A stretch of 8,610 nucleotides of DNA from a virus (IMGVR_UViG_2778261121_000004), one strand, 5' to 3'. Positions 1-6,788 are shown, numbered from the stretch's first letter. A program made the numbers and translations. The notes: generated by a model from the sequence alone, not told the origin.

Positions 1-885
1 TTACTTTGCAATGAGATCGGGGTCAACTTCGCTTAACCGGCTTCGTTTTGACAGGTTGCCGGTCTTTCTTTTTTTCACTTTCGCCAGTTCTTCCGCAGAG
101 TAATGCGACGCGACATCCAGCCGTCGAAGCCCCATTTTGATGTACTCGCTGTTGATCTCAATACCAATGAATTTTCGCCCGCTGGCGACGGCTACGGCAC
201 CGGTAGTAAAGCTACCGGCAAACGGGTCGAGAACGATATCGCCTGGGTTGGAAGAGGCGAGAATAACGCGTTTCAGCAAGGCTTCCGGTTTTTGCGTCGG
301 GTGGTTTTCATATTCATCCATCAAATAACGCACGCGCGGAAAATCCCAGACGTTACCCGGTACTTTTTGATGATTGTAAGGCTGTGGAGGATTTTTGCGA
401 TAATTGATCAACGCGCGCTGCGATCCGGTTTTGGCTTCTACCAGAATAGCATCACCGTTGAACGTGTAGTTCTTTGCGTCTTTCACCATCATCAGGATGG
501 GTTCGTACATGGAGCCGTAGTGTTTTTTCGCCTGCACTCCAGAACTGTCATATGACCAGACGATGCGACTTTTGATGGTAAAAAGCTTGCGGCACTGGAG
601 ATCGATAAAGGGCATGTTTTCCGTGCTATTCATGATGTACATGCTGCCCTGCTTTTTCAGAACGCGATGGCACTCTGCAATCACTTCAAACAGCCAGTCG
701 ATAAACAGATCTTCTTTCCAGGCTTCGATCAGACCATCAAAATTTTTACCGATGTTATACGGTGGGTCGGCAAAGATCAGATCGACACTTTCGGCGGGGA
801 GCTTTTTAAGTTCGGTTAATGCATCACCCTGGATGATGGTCTTTGCTTCATTACCAAATCGGGTCGGTTCACATCCTGTTCTCAT
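1..885 (-). CDS. yhdJ: DNA adenine (N6) methyltransferase YhdJ, complete
   Basis: 294-aa ORF with the DPPY catalytic motif (FADPPYNIG) and an AdoMet-binding C-terminal motif (VLDPFAGSFTTG). The sequence matches what I recall of enterobacterial YhdJ. ATG at 885 is preceded by AGGGAG with a 5-nt spacer; the track's GTG at 891 is 2 codons upstream. Stop at 1..3. Confidence 0.9.
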   Translation of the reverse strand: MRTGCEPTRFGNEAKTIIQGDALTELKKLPAESVDLIFADPPYNIGKNFDGLIEAWKEDLFIDWLFEVIAECHRVLKKQGSMYIMNSTENMPFIDLQCRKLFTIKSRIVWSYDSSGVQAKKHYGSMYEPILMMVKDAKNYTFNGDAILVEAKTGSQRALINYRKNPPQPYNHQKVPGNVWDFPRVRYLMDEYENHPTQKPEALLKRVILASSNPGDIVLDPFAGSFTTGAVAVASGRKFIGIEINSEYIKMGLRRLDVASHYSAEELAKVKKRKTGNLSKRSRLSEVDPDLIAK

Positions 886-910
886 GGTCACTCCCTTTGT
901 GACACCTATA

Positions 911-946
911 AAAAAGGCGCTTCCCCATGCCGAGTAGCGCCTTTTT
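911..946. terminator. Bidirectional rho-independent terminator hairpin, probably the native fis terminator
   Basis: Stem GGCGC (916-920) pairs with GCGCC (937-941), flanked by A5 (911-915) and T5 (942-946). On the minus strand it reads as a GC stem followed by a T-run, between the fis remnant and yhdJ. Confidence 0.55.
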
Positions 947-970
947 AATCAAGCATTTAGCTAACCTGAA

Positions 971-987
971 TTAGTTCATGCCGTATT
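971..987 (-). other. Remnant of fis 3' end (Tyr-Gly-Met-Asn-stop); probable attachment-site core and island boundary
   Basis: Plus-strand ttagttcatgccgtatt is the reverse complement of AATACGGCATGAACTAA, which encodes ...YGMN-stop, the C-terminus of Fis as I recall it. It lies 85 bp upstream of yhdJ, where fis natively sits. The next in-frame codon upstream is a stop (986-988), so only the last codons are present and the sequence diverges into island DNA. Confidence 0.5.
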
Positions 988-1115
988 AACAAAAGCGGTG
1001 TTTTTGCTCGTTTATACCAGTTCAATGTTGTTCACATAACATTATGATTTTACTGGTTTACTCCTTATTTCTTGTTCATTACTTCGTGCTGTTGTTCGTC
1101 TTCGTACATAACAAT

Positions 1116-1137
1116 GTGTAGTCAGCGGTGTAGTCAG
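1116..1137 (+). repeat. Tandem direct repeat GTGTAGTCAG x2 upstream of int; candidate recombinase arm-type or regulator binding sites
   Basis: Exact 10-bp copies at 1116-1125 and 1128-1137, about 45 bp upstream of the int start codon. Confidence 0.45.
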
Positions 1138-1182
1138 TGCTATGCTGTTTCTTAAATGAACTAACTTTAAAGGCTCATAGCT

Positions 1183-2406
1183 ATGGCCGGTGGAACGAAC
1201 AAATTAAGCGATGCATCATTGCGTAAAATGATAGGCCGTGCCAGTCCCTCAGACAACTTTTATGCAGATGGGGATGGCTTAAGCATAAAAGTGTCAAAGG
1301 TTGGTGTTTTAACCTGGTACTTCACCTGGCGAACAGGAGGACGCTCAACCGCTCCCCAGCGTCTAAAGCTGGGAAACTATCCAGATCTTTCTATAAAGGC
1401 CGCGAGAGAAAAGCGAGAACAATGCCGCGCGTGGTTGGCTGAAGGGAAAAGTCCAAAGCATCAGTTCAACATTACTATGCAAGAGACGCTAAAGCCGGTG
1501 ACAGTGAAGGAAGCTCTGGAGTACTGGATCACAGAGTACGCCAATGATAACCGGGCGAACGTCGAGCGACATAAGGCTCAATTTGGAAAACACATTTATC
1601 CTTACATCGGAAATCATCCCCTTGCCCTTTGTGAGACGCGCCATTGGCTAGAGTGCTTTGATCGCACAAAGAAAGAATCACCAGTAGCTTCCGGCTATCT
1701 CCTCCAGATGTGTAAGCAGGCGCTTAAATTCTGTCGTGTTCGTCGCTATGCAATAAGTAATGTGCTTGATGATCTCACCGTGCAGGATGTAGGCAAAAAG
1801 CAGAGAAAACGAGATCGGGTACATACCGATCAGGAAATATGTGATATCTGGCATGCCATGTCAGGCAAGAGGTTTAAACCTTACTATGCCTCGTTACTCC
1901 AGATCCTGATCATGTTTGGATGTCGTTCACAAGAGGCGAGATTATCAGAGTGGAGTGAGTGGGATTTCAAAAACTGGATCTGGACTGTTCCAAAAGCACA
2001 TAGTAAAGGTGGTGAAAAAATAGTTCGCCCGGTCCCGGAGGCCGCCAGACCTTTTATCGAATCCTTGTTCAAGCAACATAAAGATAGCGGTCTTCTGTTA
2101 GGCGAAATCAAGAAACCGGAAGCGGTCAGCCAGTGGGGGAGAACTTTGTATAAGAAGCTCGACCATACAGAGTCATGGACTCTTCACGATTTACGCCGGA
2201 CTTTTTCCACTACGCTTAATAATATAGGGATTGCACCACACATTGTAGAGCAACTCTTAGGGCATACCTTAGGCGGCGTGATGGCTATTTATAACCGAAG
2301 TCAGTACCTGCCTGAAAAACTTGACGCACTGAATAAGTGGATGGAACGGTTAGGATTGCTTACCGCCAATCATACGAATGTAACTATTCTAAAGGTAGCA
2401 AAATGA
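1183..2406 (+). CDS. int: Site-specific tyrosine recombinase/integrase, P4-like
   Basis: 407 aa. N-terminal arm-binding-type domain, and C-terminal catalytic signature: box I Arg (FGCRSQEA), HDLRRTF, LLGH, and catalytic Tyr in AIYNRSQY. SD AAAGG sits 9 nt upstream of ATG 1183. Confidence 0.92.
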   Translation: MAGGTNKLSDASLRKMIGRASPSDNFYADGDGLSIKVSKVGVLTWYFTWRTGGRSTAPQRLKLGNYPDLSIKAAREKREQCRAWLAEGKSPKHQFNITMQETLKPVTVKEALEYWITEYANDNRANVERHKAQFGKHIYPYIGNHPLALCETRHWLECFDRTKKESPVASGYLLQMCKQALKFCRVRRYAISNVLDDLTVQDVGKKQRKRDRVHTDQEICDIWHAMSGKRFKPYYASLLQILIMFGCRSQEARLSEWSEWDFKNWIWTVPKAHSKGGEKIVRPVPEAARPFIESLFKQHKDSGLLLGEIKKPEAVSQWGRTLYKKLDHTESWTLHDLRRTFSTTLNNIGIAPHIVEQLLGHTLGGVMAIYNRSQYLPEKLDALNKWMERLGLLTANHTNVTILKVAK

Positions 2407-3158
2407 CAAAAAGTGAATGGCCTCGCGTATATTACCCTCTTGATCTTGCTGCCAAAAAGATGAATTGTTCCACTGAGGATATATTGCATCTAGGGGCCAC
2501 AAATAGACTGGAAATATGCGCATATATTAAAGGTGTGGAATTGTCTCCCGATGGTTTTAACTTTAATGTTACTTTTGATGAAGATGACGAATATGTGTTA
2601 AATGAAATAACTGAAAATAAGTGTATTATAAGTGATCTATATCAGATAATACTTTTTGAATATAATGACAACACAATAATTAGCGAAGTTGATTTGAAAC
2701 CACGTGGGTGGTATGCGAATGATTTAAATGGTTTTTTTGCTATGTGTTCAAATGATTTGGTTGACATTGAACTTTCTGGAGGACTCACTTCCTTTGAAGT
2801 GAATATTAGTGAGTTATCTACCCCTAACATTGATGATAGAAAACCCATTGAAATTACCAATATTAATGATCTTGTCATTACTGAAAACATGCTGGTAGTT
2901 ATGGGCAAGGAGATAGAAAACTTTAATGCATCAGTTTCACCAAGTATTAGAGGTAAAATAGACGCCCCAAAAACAGAGGCTAAAAAAGCAGAACTAATAT
3001 ACTGCCTTTTAAAAATGATCCCTGAGTTATCTGGTGTTGATTTAGATAACACTCCGATAACGAAAATTACCTCCATGATAGAAGAAGTTGCAGCAAAAAA
3101 AGGTGTTGCTCTTCCGTCAACGCACTGGCAAACATGGAAAAGGTATTTACGGAGGTAG
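2403..3158 (+). CDS. Hypothetical protein, AT-rich cargo gene, translationally coupled to int
   Basis: 251 aa. ATG 2403 overlaps the int stop (ATGA, 2403-2406) and has an AAAGG SD. The central part is about 28-32% GC by eye, against about 50% for flanking genes. Composition is rich in D/E/N/I/K, which is protein-like. No motif recognised. Confidence 0.6.
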   Translation: MTKSEWPRVYYPLDLAAKKMNCSTEDILHLGATNRLEICAYIKGVELSPDGFNFNVTFDEDDEYVLNEITENKCIISDLYQIILFEYNDNTIISEVDLKPRGWYANDLNGFFAMCSNDLVDIELSGGLTSFEVNISELSTPNIDDRKPIEITNINDLVITENMLVVMGKEIENFNASVSPSIRGKIDAPKTEAKKAELIYCLLKMIPELSGVDLDNTPITKITSMIEEVAAKKGVALPSTHWQTWKRYLRR

Positions 3159-3160
3159 CA

Positions 3161-3190
3161 TGTGATATCACATATAGGTTGTGTGATATC
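3161..3190. promoter_or_regulatory. Operator-like palindrome TGTGATATCACA plus a repeated half-site, upstream of alpA
   Basis: Perfect 12-bp palindrome at 3161-3172. The half-site TGTGATATC recurs at 3182-3190, 21 bp away (two helical turns). Confidence 0.4.
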
Positions 3191-3254
3191 GAACATTGCT
3201 GAACGTGATTTAATAAGAATGCCCTCGAACTTCAATAAACGAGGGCAATACTTA

Positions 3255-3479
3255 ATGAACCAACTTAACACACACCAAAATCATTCCGATCGTATTATCC
3301 GTGAAACCGAATGCCGCCACATGACTGGCCTATGCCGTACTACTCGCTATCTCATGGAGAAAAAGGGGGATTTTCCGGCGCGTCGCCAGCTCGGGGGGCG
3401 TTCTGTCGGGTGGCTCTTATCGGAAATTACCACTTGGCAGTTAAGCCAACCTAAAGTAGAAACCGGCAAAGCGGCATAG
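3255..3479 (+). CDS. alpA: AlpA-family phage transcriptional regulator (excisionase-like HTH)
   Basis: 74 aa. The C-terminal half (GGRSVGWLLSEITTWQLSQ) matches the AlpA family's conserved (G)xRSVGW...EIxxW motif. SD GAGGG (3241-3245) lies 9 nt before ATG 3255. The track's longer GTG-3162 form would add 31 uncharacteristic residues and bury the palindrome in coding sequence. Confidence 0.8.
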   Translation: MNQLNTHQNHSDRIIRETECRHMTGLCRTTRYLMEKKGDFPARRQLGGRSVGWLLSEITTWQLSQPKVETGKAA

Positions 3480-3496
3480 GTGCGGATATGTCACAT

Positions 3497-3524
3497 AAAA
3501 CAAAAGCGGCCTTGCAGGGCCGCC
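3497..3524 (-). terminator. Rho-independent terminator for the minus-strand RHH gene
   Basis: GC hairpin GCGGCC (3507-3512) / GGCCGC (3519-3524) with a 6-nt loop. On the minus strand it is followed by TTTTGTTTTA (complement of 3497-3506). No T-run on the plus side. Confidence 0.45.
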
Positions 3525-3615
3525 AGTGCAATCACACTAAACCTATTCATATCACCAGGCTGATCGCTGGTGGTCAAATCGTGAGCAAAGCTCTAAAAAT
3601 AGCTTCGGAACAAAA

Positions 3616-3795
3616 TCAGCCTTTTGGCTCGATGCCACGTTGCTTCAGTTCTTTACGGACAATTCGTTTGATCCAAGCGGCTAAAGACTCGTCACCGTCC
3701 TGTTGTTGGGCTTTTTCCATTAATTCTCTGAGTTCCGGATCAAGCCGGAATTGGAATGGAGGATTGCCTCGCCTTTCATTTTTGTGTGTTGACAC
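3616..3795 (-). CDS. Small ribbon-helix-helix-like DNA-binding protein; candidate repressor of the island
   Basis: Absent from the ORF track. Minus-strand translation is VSTHKNERRGNPPFQFRLDPELRELMEKAQQQDGDESLAAWIKRIVRKELKQRGIEPKG (59 aa), with a beta-strand then two helices as in RHH proteins. GTG start at 3795 has an AGGTG SD 8 nt upstream. It is the only minus-strand gene in the island and is divergent from the downstream operon. Confidence 0.5.
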   Translation of the reverse strand: MSTHKNERRGNPPFQFRLDPELRELMEKAQQQDGDESLAAWIKRIVRKELKQRGIEPKG

Positions 3796-3841
3796 GTCAA
3801 TTACACCTGTTGTAGTGTGTTTATGTGTAATGACACATTAC
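3789..3841. promoter_or_regulatory. Divergent promoter/operator region between the RHH gene and the Icd-like operon
   Basis: Inverted repeats TTGAC-ac-GTCAA (3789-3800, overlapping the RHH start) and GTAATG-aca-CATTAC (3827-3841). TGACAC recurs at 3790-3795 and 3831-3836, and there are several TGTGT runs. Confidence 0.35.
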
Positions 3842-3924
3842 ATACAAATGACAAAAAAGACAACGCCCCGGAGTGCGGGAACACTGCCGAGGCGTCTAAC
3901 CAAGACGTTAAATGGAGTAACGCT

Positions 3925-4131
3925 ATGGCTTCCGCTAATAGTACCACATCCGCGCGCCCTGAAAATCGCGTGTTTCTCTTCCTTGCCTTATCCCGTGCCG
4001 ATCAGAACGCCAGGCCACACCGTGAGCAAGTTATTGCCACCAGCGAACGCGAAGCGCGTCTTATGCTGGTGGGCCGCTACGTGCTTTCTTTTGCTGGTCG
4101 CCTGCCAGTATCAGAGGCTTATCATGAATAA
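3925..4131 (+). CDS. Small protein, Icd-like (P4 immunity-region cell-division-inhibitor-like) family, paralogue 1
   Basis: 68 aa. SD GGAG (3914-3917) lies 7 nt before ATG 3925. It shares the pattern F-x-[FL]-F-x-A...AD...A-x-[ST]-E-x-[ED]-AR...L-x-G...L-[ST]-F-x-A-[RK]-L with the 4519 gene. The family name is from memory, not a search. Confidence 0.6.
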   Translation: MASANSTTSARPENRVFLFLALSRADQNARPHREQVIATSEREARLMLVGRYVLSFAGRLPVSEAYHE

Positions 4132-4522
4132 GCCAATTACCGCTGCTGCTTACCTGCTTCACACTGCTGATATGTGCGCCTCGCAGGTGTGCCAACTGGT
4201 TGAATGCCACGACGCCGCCGGACACCATGCGCTATGTCAGACCTTATCGGCGGGGCTAATCGCGCTTAAGCTGGCTTGTTATGCGGATATCCAGTCTTCA
4301 CCAGACGCGGAAACAATACCGCCGCTTAGCCTGGAGGCTTACTGGCCTGATAATAGTTTGACGCTGGAATACTGCGAATCACTGGTAAAGGTGCTGTCTG
4401 TTGATGCCTTGCCCCGTGAAGTGATCCAGCCGCTTACCGGGCTGTTGCATGACCTGGTGAATATGCTGGCCGACCAGTGGAAAGAAGAACTGAAAACCAC
4501 AGATGCAGGGGGGCAATCATGA
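4124..4522 (+). CDS. Hypothetical protein (132 aa)
   Basis: SD AGAGG sits 6 nt before ATG 4124. It overlaps the upstream stop by 8 bp and the downstream start by ATGA. The upstream part of the track's 344-aa ORF (3488-4123) has non-protein-like composition and overlaps the minus-strand RHH gene. Confidence 0.6.
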   Translation: MNKPITAAAYLLHTADMCASQVCQLVECHDAAGHHALCQTLSAGLIALKLACYADIQSSPDAETIPPLSLEAYWPDNSLTLEYCESLVKVLSVDALPREVIQPLTGLLHDLVNMLADQWKEELKTTDAGGQS

Positions 4523-4809
4523 ATAAGTTCACCTGGCTTTTTCAGGCTATCTACGCCGACCACCAGCCCCCTGTTGTTATGCGCACACAGGCTGATACCG
4601 AAGAGGATGCCCGCCGCCAGCTTTCCGGCGCATGGTCCTTAACATTTGTCGCCAAACTTAATACGGCCTGCCCGGTTAACCATCAGTTTTACGCAGAAGA
4701 AGATCAATCCATGTGGGGGATCGTTGCCACCAGGCTGACTCATGACGACATCACGCAGTGGGGCAATGAGGTGTTCGGGAATCGTAATAACTTGCGAGCT
4801 ACCTGGTAA
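4519..4809 (+). CDS. Small protein, Icd-like family, paralogue 2
   Basis: 96 aa. SD AGGGGGG sits 5 nt before ATG 4519, which overlaps the upstream stop (ATGA). FTWLFQAIYADHQ...TEEDARRQLSGAWSLTFVAKL aligns with VFLFLALSRADQN...SEREARLMLVGRYVLSFAGRL of the 3925 gene. Confidence 0.6.
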   Translation: MNKFTWLFQAIYADHQPPVVMRTQADTEEDARRQLSGAWSLTFVAKLNTACPVNHQFYAEEDQSMWGIVATRLTHDDITQWGNEVFGNRNNLRATW

Positions 4810-4837
4810 TTCTTCCGGCTAAATAAGGCATTAAATA

Positions 4838-5161
4838 ATGGCTAAAAAAATCAATCAGGTTAAACCTGAGGGCAAAACTCACCCTTTAATTGAGATTAAC
4901 ACCCGCTGGAAAGATAACTGGGGTATCAAAATCACTATTTGCAAGGTGGAAGAAAACCGCGTGATGTATATCCGCGACGGGTACGAACATGAATGCGTAT
5001 GCTCACCGGATCGCCTGCGTCGTGAGTTTTCTTTCCTCCCGGAAGAGAGCAAGGAATGTCAGGCTGCTGCCATCGCCAGAGGCCGTAAACGCGCCGCCGA
5101 ACTGCGTCATAGTTTGCCGGTTACTTTTGGATCGGCTGGCTGGGATAAGGGGCTGGTATGA
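4838..5161 (+). CDS. Small protein paralogous to the N-terminal domain of the downstream Rep ATPase
   Basis: 107 aa. SD AAGG sits 9 nt upstream. The motifs W-K-D-N-W-G-I-K-I and RHSLPVTFGSAGWD match W-E-E-D-W-G-L-K-I and RHNLPITYGSDGFD in the N-terminus of the 5158 gene. The stop overlaps the next start (ATGA). Confidence 0.65.
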   Translation: MAKKINQVKPEGKTHPLIEINTRWKDNWGIKITICKVEENRVMYIRDGYEHECVCSPDRLRREFSFLPEESKECQAAAIARGRKRAAELRHSLPVTFGSAGWDKGLV

Positions 5162-6573
5162 AGAACGCGCCGAATCTTAAACATCAACCGAAAGATAAAC
5201 ATGTTGAGGTCATTATCTTTGCCGGGGCTGATGCCTACGATCACGCTAAAACATGGGAAGAAGACTGGGGATTAAAAATTGCCGCAGATAAAACACCGCC
5301 TGTCTGGCTGGGGCCAAAGCAACTGGCAGAGCTGGCGAACCTGAACATTATCGACCAAGGGCGTAAGTACGCCCGCGTCTATCTTGCCGGAGACATTGAA
5401 TCTGTCCGGATTAACTCCATTGCTGAAAAACTGGCGCTGGCGGGCGTAGAGGAAGCGAAATTATATAAGGGAATACCTGATAAGCACCCGGAAGACTGGC
5501 ATGATTATCTGGGACGCCTACGGGGCGCTGCGGAGGTGCAGGAGGATGCGAATACTACCCGGCATAACTTGCCGATCACTTATGGATCAGATGGATTTGA
5601 CCGGGAGCAGGACTACACGCTGAAGAATTATCTTCCCGCTAACAGTCTGTGCAGTATTTACGGCCCCAGCGGAAGTTATAAAAGTTTCCTTGCTGTGTCG
5701 TGGGCCTGCCATATTGCCGCAGATCGTAAGTGGGCTGGTAAAAGTGTTTCTGGTGGTACGGTTATGTACATTGTCGGGGAAGGTGGGATCGGTGTGCCTC
5801 GCCGGGTAAAGGCATGGGAAAATATTCACCAAAGGAAGGTAACCAACCTGGCCCTGGTTAACCGTCCTGTTTTTCCGGTGCGTTGCGAGGAGGTGCAGGA
5901 AGTGGTTAAAGCTGCGCGTGATATCCAGAAAGAAAAGGGGCAGCCGGTACAGTTGATTGTTATTGATACTCTTGCTCGTTGTTTTGGTGGTAACGATGAG
6001 AACGACGCGAGAGACATGGGGGCATTTATCGAAGGGTGTGACACCATTAAACGAGAAACAGGGGCCACTGTGCTGGTGGTACATCATTCGGGGAAAGACG
6101 ATAGTAAAGGCGCTCGCGGATCCAGTTCGTTCCGTGCCGCTCTGGATGCAGAGTTTAATGTTAGGCGTGAAGGAGATGGTGGGGCCATTATACTTACCTG
6201 TACAAAAATGAAGGATGCAGAAGAACCGCGCCCCGCCGCCTTTGACCTGAAAACGGTGAACCTGTTTACTGATCGCGATGGTGAAGCAGTTGCTTCTCTT
6301 GTGCTACATGATGTGGAGCGTGAACCACGCGACATTGATCCAGAACTGGCTGACGTCAAACACCTGACTGAGAACCATGCGGCGTTGTGGCAATGTATTC
6401 GGAGCAGAAAGGCCAAAGGTGAGGTATGCAACCGTGCTGTGCTGCGTGACGATATCATAGCGATGGAAGGGGAGAACGGGCGGAAAGCCTTTACACGTTG
6501 GCTGAATAAGCTGGTCAAAGATGGGCTAATCAAAATTGATGACAGTGGCGAAGTAATTATGCTGAAGGGCTGA
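5158..6573 (+). CDS. Replication initiator ATPase/helicase, RecA-like P-loop NTPase (RepA/AAA_25-type) with N-terminal domain of unknown function
   Basis: 471 aa. P-loop GPSGSYKS (around nt 5662-5685), Walker B QLIVIDT, and the downstream VLVVHHSGKD motif typical of RepA/DnaB-like RecA-fold ATPases. SD AAGGGG sits 5 nt before ATG. The gene is followed immediately by an iteron array. Confidence 0.85.
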   Translation: MKNAPNLKHQPKDKHVEVIIFAGADAYDHAKTWEEDWGLKIAADKTPPVWLGPKQLAELANLNIIDQGRKYARVYLAGDIESVRINSIAEKLALAGVEEAKLYKGIPDKHPEDWHDYLGRLRGAAEVQEDANTTRHNLPITYGSDGFDREQDYTLKNYLPANSLCSIYGPSGSYKSFLAVSWACHIAADRKWAGKSVSGGTVMYIVGEGGIGVPRRVKAWENIHQRKVTNLALVNRPVFPVRCEEVQEVVKAARDIQKEKGQPVQLIVIDTLARCFGGNDENDARDMGAFIEGCDTIKRETGATVLVVHHSGKDDSKGARGSSSFRAALDAEFNVRREGDGGAIILTCTKMKDAEEPRPAAFDLKTVNLFTDRDGEAVASLVLHDVEREPRDIDPELADVKHLTENHAALWQCIRSRKAKGEVCNRAVLRDDIIAMEGENGRKAFTRWLNKLVKDGLIKIDDSGEVIMLKG

Positions 6574-6576
6574 AAA

Positions 6577-6788
6577 GTGCGCGAAAAATGCGCATGGTGC
6601 GCGGAATGGGCTAGAAATACATGTTTTGCGCACTTTCTTTGTATATATACAGAAAAAGTGCGCGGAATGGGTAAAATCATCCTGAAACCCGCATCATTAC
6701 TGGCTTTAGGCAATGCGCACTATGTTTAATCTTGCGCACCTAAGTGCGCGCCCGAATAAGTGCGCGGGAAAATGCGCGAGGTGCGCAG
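6577..6788. repeat. Iteron array with AT-rich tract; candidate origin of replication of the element
   Basis: Eleven copies of the core TGCGC[AG] in about 210 bp: GTGCGCG at 6577, 6597, 6658, 6744 and 6760; TGCGCA variants at 6588, 6627, 6713, 6732 and 6781; TGCGCG at 6773. The 14-mer GTGCGCGGAATGGG occurs twice (6597-6610 and 6658-6671), and TAAGTGCGCG twice (6741-6750 and 6757-6766). An AT-rich tract lies at 6633-6657. Confidence 0.6.

Noticed and set aside
103-937. Plus-strand ORFs 103..555, 137..328 and 563..937
   Set aside because: They lie antisense to or overlapping the well-supported yhdJ gene, with no RBS and non-protein-like composition.
892-1182. Expected tRNA gene next to a P4-type integrase
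   Set aside because: No cloverleaf-compatible sequence or conserved tRNA motifs are present; the boundary instead carries a fis 3' remnant.
1884-2111. Minus-strand 75-aa ORF
   Set aside because: It lies antisense inside the integrase catalytic domain coding region.
3162-3254. N-terminal extension of alpA from GTG 3162 (105-aa form)
   Set aside because: AlpA-family proteins are about 70 aa with the HTH near the N-terminus. ATG 3255 has its own SD, and the extension would bury the palindromic operator in coding sequence. GTG 3162 does have a GGAGG 6 nt upstream, so this is not fully excluded.
2642-3271. Minus-strand 209-aa ORF antisense to the AT-rich cargo gene
   Set aside because: Its S/F/I/L-rich composition is typical of the antisense of a D/E/N/K-rich gene. 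It has no RBS, and its start would fall inside alpA. The plus-strand ORF has ATGA coupling to int and an SD.
3488-4123. 5' two-thirds of the 344-aa plus-strand ORF 3488..4522
   Set aside because: The translation is Cys/Trp/Ser/Pro-rich and non-protein-like, and it overlaps the better-supported minus-strand RHH gene and the Icd-like gene in another frame. Only the 4124..4522 portion has an SD and plausible composition.
4339-4563. Minus-strand 74-aa ORF
   Set aside because: It lies antisense within the coupled plus-strand operon, with no RBS.
4989-5180. Plus-strand 63-aa ORF
   Set aside because: It is an alternative frame inside the 4838..5161 gene, which has the paralogy support.
5587-6713. 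ORFs 5587..6087 (-), 5826..6068 (-), 5957..6211 (+) and 6084..6713 (-)
   Set aside because: They overlap the Rep gene, which carries clear Walker motifs, in other frames or antisense. 6084..6713 also runs through the iteron array.
6577-6788. Possible CRISPR array
   Set aside because: The repeats are short (6-14 bp), irregularly spaced and degenerate, with no uniform spacers. The pattern fits iterons.
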